From NCBI RefSeq assembly GCF_963921235.1, contig NC_086097.1:162504001-162568000 (forward strand): DNA of 64,000 bases. The letters are read 5' to 3'. The DNA comes from Mobula hypostoma (lineage: Eukaryota). This document shows positions 51,562 to 63,164 of the stretch, piece by piece. The position numbers and the translations under genes were made by a program. Every line of letters starts with the position of its first letter. The first letter of the stretch is position 1. The notes under the pieces were generated by a model. That model had not been told where the DNA came from. It searched no databases and saw nothing but the letters and a program-made list of their open reading frames with translations.

Positions 51562-52347
51562 CAGCGGTCCCTAACCACTGGGCCGCAGACCGGTACCGGG
51601 CCGCAGAACATATGCTACCGGGCCATGAGGAAACAAAATGAGTCAACTGCACCTTTCCTCATTCCCTGTTACGCATTGTTGAACTTGAACATAGGGTTGC
51701 CAACTGTCCCGTATTTGCTGGGACATCCTGTATATTGGGCTAAATTGGTTTGTCCCATACGGAACCACCTTTGTTCCGTATTTCCCCCGCTAAGTTGGAG
51801 TGTTCCTATGAAACCTTTCGTGCCGAAATGGCATAAAGCAAAGAAGCAATTACCATTAATTTATATGGGAAAAATTTTTGAGCATTCCCAGACCCAGAAA
51901 ATAACCTACCAAATCATACCAAATAACACACAAAACCAAAAATAAATAACACTAACATATAGTAAAAGCAGGAATGATATGATAAATACACAGCCTATAT
52001 AAAGTAGAAATAATGTATGTACAGTATAGTCGGAAAGATGAAGGCAAAACCGATTTGTGGGGAAAAAATCGGCACATGCGCACGTCACGCACGTGCACAC
52101 AGGTGCCTGCGCAAGGCTTCATGGTCATGGTAGTCTTTCCTGGGGTAAAGTGTTCTGGGATTTGACTGCTGCTTTTGTCCCTTATTTGGGAGTGGGAAAG
52201 TTGGCAACCCTAACTGTAAAAGACATGTTGAGGTGAGTTTAACCGTACTTGAACACCACCCCCCCCACCACCCCCCAGTTGGCTGGTCCGCAAGAATATT
52301 GTCAATATTAAACCGGTCTGCGGTGCAAAAAAGGTTGGGGACCCCTG
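51562..52347. mobile_element. hAT-Charlie (MER1-like) MITE with a nested hAT MITE
   Basis: Termini cagcggtccctaacc and ggttggggacccctg; subterminal accggtaccgg and aaaccggtctgcggtgcaaaaaagg resemble MER1 as recalled. Confidence 0.8.
51692..52247. mobile_element. Nested hAT (Blackjack-like TIR) MITE
   Basis: 14-bp perfect TIR tagggttgccaact (51692-51705) / agttggcaacccta (52199-52212); 8-bp TSD cttgaaca at 51684-51691 and 52248-52255. Confidence 0.75.
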
Positions 52348-55300
52348 CTATTGGTCCGCAAATTAATTGCTCCACCATTGGCATCAGTGACAGGCTGCTC
52401 ACCCTGAAATAGTTTCCCTACGTTACTTTGCTTCTGTATCTCTTCCTACCTTTGACCAAGCTGTTGGTCAATGTCTCTTTGCATGCATTGATTTAAACAT
52501 TGTTTAATAACAGGTCCAGTAAAGTGCCAAGTTTCTCTACATTGAAATGATTCTATAGACTTTAATGCGCAATTCTGGAAAGAATTGTTATGGCATAGGA
52601 AAATGCTACTGGGTCCACTGAATCTGCTATTAGAGCAAGCATATCAATTCCATAAATGTCTTCATCCAGAAGATAATGAATCTTTGGAATTCTCTACCCA
52701 GGAGAGCTGTCACTGAGTACAGGTAAGAATGAGATTGACACATTGTTGGATATCAAAGTGGCATTGAGGTTTTAACAAGAAAATCAGCTATGATCTTACT
52801 AAACAGTGGAGAAGGCATAAGGAGGTGATAAAGTTCCTTTGCTGTTCTTTTCCCCATAGATTTACATCTTATAATTGCTAGGGTCATATTGTTCCAATTT
52901 TATAAGTGGTCTCTTGTCTATGCTATCAAACCATGGCCTCTGGTTGCTTAAGTGGTAACACTGGGCAATAACATGATCCAGCAAGATTCTGAAGCACAAC
53001 TTGAGAAAACTATCTAAGCTCCAGCGTGAATAACGTTCACTTGGGTTATGGATATCAGGATCATTGTAACCTGCAGCCAACATTGCTTGGCCTTGCATTC
53101 TCAGAAGCAGATAAATTCTAACCTTTTTAGATGTTGATGTTGAACTTGCATCAACAGGGCGTGGCTGAAATGAGTAGTGTAGGTATCTCTAAGGGGAGGC
53201 TGGACAAGCAAGTGGTGGGGAAGGAAGTAAAGGGTTATGCTGAAAGATTTTTATGGACAGGACATAAACACTGGCGTGGACTAGTTAGCCAACGTGGCAT
53301 GCTACTGTGCTGTGTCCCAGATAATCTGGTGTAAAGAGCTGCCACTTACATTGCTGTTTTTCTGCATGTGTTCAACAAACCTCATTATGTCTAATCTACT
53401 TTGACAGTGCCTTATGTTCATTGACTGAATAATATAAGTATTGGACCTTGGTAACCTTTTTAACCCTGTCTGGTTTTTAACCTTCGCCAGCTGTCACATA
53501 CCATGTGGTTCCATTAGTATCTAAGCGATTGATTTGTTGCTGAATAGAGAAATCTCATTAATGCTCCATGTGATCCCAGCACACCTGCCTTGTGCAAATA
53601 CAATATTCACTAGCATTGGTTCACTGCGGAAAGTGCAGGGCATAAGAACAGGAGGGGGTCAGTGAGCCCCTTTTAATATTCAATAATCTTAGTGGCTTAC
53701 ATGTGATCTAACTCCATATACCCTTCATACTGTTCTTAAAAATCTCATCCGTGATTTTCTTGGCACCATTACCCATTTATGGAAGAGTATATCAAACATT
53801 TGTCTCTCCATGCATATGGAAGTATTTCCAAACAATTTATGAAATTTATTCACCAGTTCAGAACTTCCAATCCAGAAGGCTTTGCTCCATCTACTTTATC
53901 AAACAGCGTCCCTCTGTGCCAAAGTTCAAAACATTTAAAATAGTGAGTAACATATCAAAATAGTGAGCAAAAAAGCATACTCACTTGGAAAAAAACATAT
54001 ATATTGTCCAAGGGTATGTATGTTTGGTGTTTACTATACGTGTAGTTTGTTTAAGGCTACAATCAAATTACTTCTTTCCAAATTCCAAGGAAGATACTGC
54101 ATTCTCCGTAAAATTGTCATTTTATAGAGAATCTGTTTTATTCCAGTAAACATTCTGTTTCCTAAAGTGTAGTGACCAGAGTGATTGCACACCTCTAACC
54201 AGAATGGGGTGATTTTCTGCATGCATTTATCACTTTAATAACCGATTTAAGTAAATGAAAATCTCATGACACTTGTTCATCTCTCCTTGGCCCAGGGGAG
54301 CTGAGGTAAGTAGCAATCTCTTTAGCAATCTCAGCACATATCAGGTATTTAATGTGGGGTCTTTGTTATTCAAAGTGAGTGCAATTACACAACATTAGGG
54401 GGGATTTATTTTACCCATATACTTAGGAATTTTTGAAGAAAGCTTGATTTGTTATAAATATCTTCCTCTGTAGATAAACCAACACATTCTGGTTTGACTT
54501 GGTGTTTTGTATTCCTGCCGAGGTGAATTCAGTCCATGGCTGCTGTGTATTCACACTTACCCAGGCTGATTGTAAAAGGTCAAACAAGTTGACTCTCCAC
54601 CCCAGGAATTGGATAGTGAGGCCTACTCAACAACCAGGGTCTCTGCTGGGGTACTAATGAGGCTCCTCTGAAGGAAACACCCTGACAGCTTGAGACAGGA
54701 AACAATGTTGGGGTTGAGCTGATTTCAGTACTTTAAGAAAAATAAAACCCAATTTTAACAGCTTTTACAAGTCTCTGATCAGAGATCTGTAAAATCTTTT
54801 AATGTTATTGTAAATTAAAAAGACACAACACAAAATAACGAAAATATTAAAGTACTATTTAGTAATAGCTTGGAGACTGAAAATATTAGAAACTGGAGCA
54901 AAAAATAACTTGTCTTCCTCAATCTTTATGGATATGGGGTCAAGGTAGGAAAGTGGTGTTGATATTAATGTTCAGCTATGATCTTATTCACTAGCAGAAC
55001 AGGCTTGAGGAGTCAAATAACCTTGCCACACTTCATATTATCAGGCTGGAACTACCATTCAAATCTTGCACACCAAGGCCCCTTTGTTGGACTCCATTTA
55101 GAGTTGGAGAAGGAACAGAATGATATGCTAGTGCCTGTCACTCAACTCCTCGGACTTGCAGCAGGTCATTGTAAATCTGGTACGTGCTAAACTGGAAGTG
55201 AATGAATAACACTGGTTCCCTCATTTACCAGCCTTGGGCAGAATGATTTGGCTCTTTATCTAGCACTGCTGGATATCTGTTGTTTACATTCAGGAAATGG

Positions 55301-55622
55301 TTGCTGGTGTGCAAGTGAGAAGATTACCCATTTTGATTTTGCTCTTAAATTTGGGATGTAAATTTTCATTGTATATTCCCTCAAAATGAAGATGGGTGTT
55401 TTTTTTTCCCTTCAGAAGTGCTGCAGTTGAAGAATGTTCCTGAAATTTCTATCTAAAAACTGGGGCACAAACTAAAAAGGCCAACAGGAATTGTACCTGA
55501 GCCTGCTGTTGTGATGAATTAGTTTTTCTCCTTTATGTGAATGTATGGTACTGGGAGAAGCATGACTTTTGATGTTATTTTTTGGAGAGGAACATTGAGA
55601 TGGGATGAAGTCTGTGATTGAG

Positions 55623-56722
55623 TCTGAATCAGAATCAGGTTTATTGTCATTGGCATGTGATGTGAAATTTGTTAACTTAGCAGCAGCACTTCAGTGCAAT
55701 ACATTATATAGAAGAGAAAAAGGACATAAAATAAAAATAATAATCAATTACAGAATACCTCTATTGAATAGATTAAGAACATGCAAAAAAACAGAAATAC
55801 TGTATACTTACAAAAAGTGAGGTAGTATCCAAGGGTTCAATGTCCATCTAGGAATTGGATGGCTGAGGGGAAGAAGCTGTTCCTGAATCACTGAGTGTGT
55901 GCCTTCAGGCTTCTGTACCTCCTACCTGACGGTAACAGTGAGAAAAGGGCATGCCCTGGGTGCTAGAGATCCCTAATAATGGACGCTGCCTTTCTGAGAC
56001 ACCGTTCCTTGAAGATGTCCTGGGTACTTTGTAGGCTAGTGCCCAAGATGGAGCTGACTAGGTTTACAGCCCTCTGCAGCTTCTTTCAATCCTGTGCAGT
56101 AGCATTCCCCCCCGCCCCACCCCCACCCAATACCAGACAGTGATGCAGACTGTCAGAATGCTCTTCACGGTACATCTATAGAAGTTTTTGAGTGTACTTG
56201 TTGACATGCCAAATCTTTTTAAACTCCTGATAGTTATAGCCGCTGTCTTGCCTCCTTTATAACTACATCGATATGTTGGGACCAGGTTAGATCCTCAGAG
56301 ATCTTGACACCCAGGAACTTGAGACTGCTCACTCTCTCCACTTCTGATCTCTCTATGAGGATTGGTATGTGTTCCTTCATCTTATCCTTCCTGAAGTCCA
56401 CAATCAGCTCTTTCGTCTTACTGACGTTGAGTGCCAGTTTGTTGCTGTGGTACCATTCCACTAGTTGGCATATCTCACTCCTTTATACCCTCTCGTCACC
56501 ATCTGAGATTCTACCAACAATGGTTGTATCATCAGCAAATTTATAAATGGTATTTTAGCCTAGCCACACAGTCACGTCTATATAGAGAGTAGAGCAGTGG
56601 GCTAAGCACACACCCCTGGGATGCGCCAGTGTTGATCGTCAGCGAGGAGGATGTGTTGTCACCAATCTGCACAGGTTGTGTATTAAATGCTGAGCTATAG
56701 TCGATGAACGTCATCTTTACAT
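55623..56722 (-). mobile_element. Rex/Babar-like LINE, 5'-truncated and internally deleted
   Basis: FIDYSSAFNT, TGASQGCVLSPLLYSLY and LNVSKTKELIVDFRK...LKFLGV; (TCTGAT)n tail. Confidence 0.9.
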
Positions 56723-57589
56723 AAGTGTCAGGCAGAAAGGTAGCAAAGTTGTACAGCTTATTCTTCATTCAGGATGTGGGTGTTACTGGCAAGAATGCCA
56801 TTTACTGCCCATCTCCAACTGCCCTTGAGGAGGTGATAATGAGTCACTGCTTGGAACCACAGCAGTCCTTCTGGTAAGGGTACTCCCTTGGTGTTCCTGG
56901 GGTGGAAGTTGCAAGGCTTACGACCAAACAACAAAGGAACATCAATTCATTTCTAAGTTAGGTGAAAGCTGAGTAATTATAATATATTCTGGGAGATGGC
57001 GTACATTGCAGCCACAGTACAATGGTACTTAAAGTGAATGGATTTCAAGGTACCATTCAGTAGGCTTCGTTGTCCCTGGTGGGGTTGAAACCGAACATCA
57101 GCATTCAGTTTTGGCATATCTACATAGGCAGGTACAGAGTATTCTACCACATTCTTGACTTGTGCTTGTTGGTGGTAAAAATGCTGGTTAAAGTTTTGGG
57201 ACTCTTAAGCACTGAAGTACTCCTTTGGAAGTACATGAAGTAAACAGAATTGACCATAACAAAGTGGAAGCTTTTGGTTGACGGATGTTTATAAAATAGT
57301 AGAGAGCAGGGAAATTGCAATAGAAATTAAAAATCAAGAACACAAGATACAGGAACATACAATGCAGCCTCTTGGGGCTTCATTGCTATGCATTATTATT
57401 TCAATTCCTCTCTACTAGCCTGATTCCTCTTTATATAGTGCCTTGTCCCAATACATTTTACCAAGATGTTCAGCCGGTTCGAATGTAGAAACAGAAGTAC
57501 TCAAGCAAGCTCCTGCAAACAGGAATTACTAGACAGATGTGGTAATTGTAAACAGGAATTACTAGACAGATGTGGTAATTGCTAGATAA

Positions 57590-57857
57590 GCAGGTGGCAC
57601 AGTGGTGTCGTGGGTAGCACGATGCTATTGCATCCCTGCCCGTTGGAGTTCAATTCTGATGCTGTCTATAAGAAGTTTGTATGTCCTTCCTGTGAACATT
57701 TGGGTTTCATCCAGGTGCTCCAATTTCTTCCCAGTTAGTAGGTTAATTGGTCATTGTAAATTGTCCTGTGATGAGGTTAGGGTTAATAGGTGGGTTGCTG
57801 AGCAGTGTGGCTCGTTGGGTTGTAAGGGCCTGTTCAGTGCTGTATGTCTAGATAAAT
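57590..57857 (+). mobile_element. V-SINE-like tRNA-derived SINE
   Basis: A/B-box-like tggcacagtgg and ggagttcaattc; V-domain gtttgtatgtccttcctgtg...gggtttcatccaggtgctcc. Confidence 0.75.
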
Positions 57858-59125
57858 AGTTTCATCAACATCTTCCCCTTTCACACCTGCTTGCGTGCTT
57901 GCCTATGTGTGGCGTGTCCAGTGTGAGAGGGACCATCCCAATAACCATTAGGCCAATGCAATAATATGCATGATATTTGGCTTTTCATCTGCCCTTCTAA
58001 AAGTTGTTACACTTAAATTTCTTGATACAACGCTAGATTTACTCCAAGAGGAGCTGTTCTTTCTCCTCTCCTTTTGAGCATATGTAGCATTTTAATATAA
58101 AAATCTAAACAAATTAAAGCATTCACAAATACTGGAATGAGATGGGTTTAAATTTTAGTGTTTTTTTTAAACTTTGTTTTTCTCATTGTATATGAGCCTT
58201 TCTGGGGAAGTTCTATCAGCCACCTTGGTATGAACTTATCAGTGCTGTTCAATATTGTCACACTGTAATTATGAGAGCCATTAATGGGTACATGTGGGCC
58301 TCCAAGTTGTAAGACAACACCACACTGCCTTTGTTACAGAAAAGGCTTCCATTCCATGTGGTCATTTGATCATGAGAAACAGAGCATTTTATACAGGATG
58401 TTAGGGAGATGTGATCTGTATAAACCAGCTGCCCCTACATGGACATTGTCTACACTCGCTGTTGCCTTGTGAAAGCAGCCAGCATCATCAAGGACCACCT
58501 CCATCCTGGTCATACCTTCTCTCCCCATCCATTGGGCAGAAGATAGAAAGGTTTGGAAAGGACTGTATCTATCCCACTGTTATAAGAATCTCGAGTAGAC
58601 CTTGTGTAATAAAAATGAGCTCTGGCTCTCACAACATACTTCATCTTGGCCCTTGAACCTTATTGCCTGACCGCACTTTCTCTTTTACTGAAACACTGTA
58701 TTCCACAGTCAGTTATTACAGTTGTTATCGATATTGTATGTGTGCGGTCTCTGCACCTGAAAAGGGCGTCATTTAAAAGACAATGCAACAAAAACGTAGC
58801 ACTCCCTAACAGATTGCTGAAAACAGAAGATTAATGAATTTGAGTGGTAAGCTGGCATATGGACATTGTTATGTGTCTGTGCACACTGTATCACAGTATG
58901 GGTTTGACTCTATGCCCAGTAATGAGTGAACAATGGGAGATGACACAATAACAAAAAAGGACAATCGCAGCCTCAACTTATGAGATGTTTGCACCTGTAT
59001 TCTTTCACATCTCTATTTTCGTTCCTGTCAGTGATGCCCAGGATGGTCTCCTTGACAGTGGCAGTAACTGATGAGGCCCTTCTCATCAGTATTAACATAT
59101 CGTCCCTGACATTGGCCGTCACTTC

Positions 59126-60009
59126 TGTTACGTACCCCGTAACTGGGTTGCCAAACCAGCAGAAATGGATCACTCAGTTGGAGTCTGGATTACTAGAACT
59201 AAGAAAGTTTTATTAAAGAAACAAGCAATACAGTACTCTAATCAAAAGGATAATAAATGCAACAGTTCAGCAATGATAAACACACATGTACACAGAATTA
59301 GGATAACAGGATCAATCAAGCTCTATCGTCGTCTAGGGATAAATGACCAGTTTCAAAGTGATGCAAAGTTCAGTTCAACTGAGTTCAGTTCAGTTCGCAG
59401 TAATCACTGCCGTGGGAGATGGACAGTGGGGGGAAGGAGAGAGAGAGCAAAAACGAATGAATATTCAAACGGCTTCCACACAGACCTTCGATATTCTTCG
59501 CAGTCTGCTTTTGGGCGAGCCCGTTGTGATGTCTTCTGAGGTCACCGACCGTGACCCCTCCGTTTCCAGATACGATCGTTTCCCTGCGGTGAACCTGGCA
59601 CCCAGGCAAGGGCGGACACACACCAGGTTCCCGTCGATCGTACCTTTCCACCCTGTGCATCTCTGGCTTGGTCCCGCGACCAGCCCTCCAAAACTCCCAC
59701 CAACTTGTGGGAGGCGCACCGCTTCCAGGGTCTCGTTACCTCGTGGTGTCGTGTGTCTTGCCTTAGCGAACCTGTCCCTTTTTATCCCCCTGCTGGGGTA
59801 TCACCTGTCCATCACTTCAAACAGTTCAGGGTTCAAAGGGGAGCCGATCTTGACAGCTCTCCTTCCGTCCCTTAATTAACATTTCCAAATGCTGCTCCAT
59901 TGTTTTCCTTATCTCTCTTTTCCTGAAGACAGGTGGCAGACCAACTGCTGATCCCACTGGTGCCAGCACAGGACAGTTAACATCTTAATCTATGTGTACT
60001 CTCGTCACA
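59126..60009 (-). repeat. 3' LTR (884 bp)
   Basis: TG...CA termini; preceded on - by PPT aaaggtgagggg (60010-60021); AATAAA on - at ~59209. Confidence 0.92.
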
Positions 60010-60129
60010 CCCCTCACCTTTAAGGATTTTTACCGGGGTAAAAATTACAAACATGAATACATTATTTGATACACACAAATATACATCTTTATCAGCTATT
60101 TGGCTAATACAGCGAATTTTAAGTTGTCA

Positions 60130-60640
60130 ACACCTGACAGACAGTCAGCAATCACATTTTCCGTTCCTTTTATATGTGTTATTAATAATCCCTTGAACCA
60201 GGCTCCAACTTAGCAAACTTCATAGTGGCCGAAAACACTGATGAATTGCAATCAATGTAATCTCTCACTGGGTTTCGTCCTGGACCACAATAACAAGGGT
60301 CGTCCCATCCCGACTTAGTTTTCTCTGGCAAGGGCTTAGTAGGAGGGGGAGGGGTAGTAACCGCAGGGTTATTGCAAAACTTGCTACAGTACCCCACCAT
60401 CTCCAGGAGCCTTCTGAGGGCCCTCGTGTCTGTCGGGGTTGGGATGTCAGAGGTAGCCTGCACCTTAGCTTGCATCGCTGCCAGCTGCCCCGGTGTTACC
60501 ACAATTCCCAGATAAGTGACCTTCATGTGGCCGAACTCATTTTCTTCAAGGTTCACTATCAAGCTGGCTTCAGACAGCCGTATTACATCGCCAATACACA
60601 CTTCTGTGTTCGTTAGCCCTTTCGTCACTGAATTACTCAT
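60130..60640 (-). pseudogene. Collapsed RT/RNase H remnant
   Basis: CIGD in place of YxDD, VTYLG...AKVQA...PTPT...LRRLLEMVGY, and terminal HIKGTENVIADCLS at ~60135-60178. Confidence 0.8.
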
Positions 60641-60959
60641 TCTGTAGGGGTGTTGCTCACTAGGCTAACCTAGCGTAACAACCACCACCCAACGTCGCAG
60701 TTCCTTGCATCGCCTCGGGACAATCAAACACACGTGTGCGAGCCGTTTAATTACTTCTCCTAAAGAGTTGCTTAGTTCGGGGATTAAGGGAGAGACCTTA
60801 TCAGCAAAGCTGACCAAAACAATAGCCTTCTCCCATCTGGTCGATACCATACTCATCTTTTCAAAATAGTTTTTTTCTCTTATCGGGGGACCCTAGCTTC
60901 ATTGATTTCCGTGCTAACACCGACTAGGTTTGTTAGCATATCAAAAGCCTGTGACCGTC

Positions 60960-61870
60960 TCAGTTCGCGTCGGCCATGATCAATAACATCCTCCTGTGCA
61001 GCCGGTAAACCCCTTTCATGATTCCACCAACTGTTTCCTCCAGCACCTCAAAATGTCCACCGAGGGGTACCTTGTGGGCCAGGTTAAAAATCTCATCCCC
61101 ATAACTCTTTTGCACCACCCCCCATTCCTCATCTGCGGGTACGGTACTTGGTCTCCCTTTCTTCCTTAGCACTTCTTCCTCCACACAATAGCCTACTGGC
61201 TCCCTTCTTAATTCTGCGTCAGAGAGAGCTGTCCCTGCCAAAACCATCAGTCCCTCGTCTCGCTCCTGCGCCTGCACAAATTCTTTCCTGGCTAATGCTA
61301 AGTCTGTCTCAGCTCCCTCACTACCTCTTGTTTCACTACACTCCTTCTTTTCACTTTCTACCTCCTCCTGGTACATCTCAGCTAAATTTACTTCGACAGT
61401 CCCGTGATGAACCTGTGAGTCCATGGGCGGGGCCTCAATGCTGGCAGGCTGACCTGTCAATCTCACGGCTGGGAACACGATTCCCCCGGCTACGTCATTA
61501 CCGAGCAAGACTTCCACGCCTTTCATCGGTAATTCGGGCCTCACCCTGATCGTGACTAGTCCAGAGACCAGGTTGCTTTGTAGGTGTATCTGGTGCAAAG
61601 GGACTGCCTCTGTCCCTTCCCCAATATCTTTGACCTTGACCTCCCCAGTCTGGGTCTCTGAGCTAAACTCTAATACGCTCTTCAATATCAATGACTGACA
61701 TGCTCCCATGTCTCTCCAGATCCGCACTGGAACTGGTTTTAGCCCCTCCTTCACTGACATCAATCCGGCCGAGATAAACCTCTCGAGCCCTTCCTGAACT
61801 TTGGCAGACCTTTCCTCTCCTAGTGGTTCGTTTACCAGCTCGATACAGCCAGTCAAAATTCGCTGTTTTC
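60960..61870 (-). pseudogene. Degenerate protease plus integrase N-terminal zinc-binding region
   Basis: VRIWRDMGACQSLI (DTG changed to DMG), LLGND, then LAHKVPLGGH; frameshifted from gag; integrase core missing. Confidence 0.8.
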
Positions 61871-63066
61871 CCTTTTCCCGTCTCCTTCTTTGGGGCAAAG
61901 CACCTGGATGCAAAGTGTCTGACTTTCCCACAATTATAACAGACGACCCCAGGAGACTTCCTACCAGACTGCTCCCGGTCTACCTTATCCTTCTCACTAG
62001 TCCCCGGCTTACTTTCTGACTTTTCTGGCGGACTCTCCCCGCCGTCCTGACTACCCTTCTGGTAGCCTTTACTCGGGGCAAACTTCATTTTATGCGTCAA
62101 CGCATACTCATCTGCCAACTTAGCAGTTGCAGCTAACATGGCTGCCTCTTTCTCATCTAGGTAGGGTCTCATACCCTCAGGGACACAACCTTTAAACTGC
62201 TCAATCAGGATCAGCTGTAGCAGTCTGTCATAATCCCCCTCTACCCCCTTCGAGGCGCACCAACGCTCACAATATGTCTGCATCTCACGGGCAAACTCTA
62301 AATACGTGTGGTCCCACTGCTTCCTCGTATTCCGGAACCTCTGCCGGTATGCCCCCGGGACCAACTCATAAATCCTGAGGATGGCCTCTTTCACCACCTC
62401 ATACCTCTGGGCATCTTCCGCGGACAAAGCTGAGTAAACTTGTTGGGCTTTCCCTTTCAGTACACTCTGAAGCAAAACAGCCTCCTTATCCCCCGGCCAG
62501 TCCTGACTTGTAGCAACTTTTTCGAAATGGAGAAAGTACCGATCCACATCGGTATCGTCAAATGGGGGAACCAGCCTAATCTCCTGGGTCGCCCGGAACC
62601 CTCCACCTTGGTTCGGCACGGGCCCCTGCTCTGTCCTTATCTTTAACTTCTCCAGCTCAAATTCCCTTTCCCTCTGTTTCTCCAACTGCCTCTCTTCTCG
62701 CTCCAACTGTCTCTCTCTCTCCTGCCTTTCTAACTGTTTCTCTTTCTCTTCTTGCTCCCATTGCCTCTCTTTCTCTTCGTGTTCTAGCTGCCGTACCCGG
62801 AACTCGTGCTCGAGTCTCAGTTTTTCAAGCTGCACCTGTACCGCGTCTCCAGCAGGTTTTTCAGTAGACACCACCTCCAGCTCCCCTTGGGGAAACACAC
62901 CTTTAGATACATAGTGCTCTACGATAGCTCTGTGTATCTCCTCTCTCCTCATTGTCAACTTCCCCTTAACAAGATTCAACCGTTTGGCCACAGCTGCCAA
63001 TTCCGCTTTCCTGGCATCCTCTAATGCCTCCAAGGTCGGCGCCTTTATAAATTCCTCAATCTCCAT
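61663..63066 (-). CDS. Gag polyprotein (coiled coil, SCAN-like capsid, CCHC knuckle); last ~65 aa probably out-of-frame read-through
   Basis: 467-aa open ORF: VPPFDDTDVDRYFLHFEKVA...W...LLQSVLKGKAQ...YRQRFR...LILIEQF; knuckle CYNCGKVRHFASRC. Confidence 0.9.
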   Translation of the reverse strand: MEIEEFIKAPTLEALEDARKAELAAVAKRLNLVKGKLTMRREEIHRAIVEHYVSKGVFPQGELEVVSTEKPAGDAVQVQLEKLRLEHEFRVRQLEHEEKERQWEQEEKEKQLERQERERQLEREERQLEKQREREFELEKLKIRTEQGPVPNQGGGFRATQEIRLVPPFDDTDVDRYFLHFEKVATSQDWPGDKEAVLLQSVLKGKAQQVYSALSAEDAQRYEVVKEAILRIYELVPGAYRQRFRNTRKQWDHTYLEFAREMQTYCERWCASKGVEGDYDRLLQLILIEQFKGCVPEGMRPYLDEKEAAMLAATAKLADEYALTHKMKFAPSKGYQKGSQDGGESPPEKSESKPGTSEKDKVDREQSGRKSPGVVCYNCGKVRHFASRCFAPKKETGKGKTANFDWLYRAGKRTTRRGKVCQSSGRAREVYLGRIDVSEGGAKTSSSADLERHGSMSVIDIEERIRV

Positions 63067-63142
63067 TTCTGCTGTTTGTCTTTTCTTTCTTTCAGGAATT
63101 TTAACCCAATCAATTTACTCCGTCCCAAATTTAGCGTTCAAA

Positions 63143-63160
63143 ATCTTGGACCAGCCCCCA
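63143..63160 (-). other. Primer binding site, tRNA-Pro type
   Basis: TGGGGGCTGGTCCAAGAT, 4 nt after the 5' LTR; 15/18 match to the tRNA-Pro PBS TGGGGGCTCGTCCGGGAT. Confidence 0.8.
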
Positions 63161-63164
63161 CTTA

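Noticed and set aside
55416..55550. Strong acceptor as ARHGAP28 exon 2
   Set aside because: All three frames stop within ~45 nt and there is no resemblance to the expected continuation.
57590..57670. tRNA gene
   Set aside because: The A/B-box-like motifs belong to a SINE head; no cloverleaf can be formed.
59165..59879. 124-178 aa ORFs
   Set aside because: They lie inside the LTR and differ in length and frame between the two LTRs.
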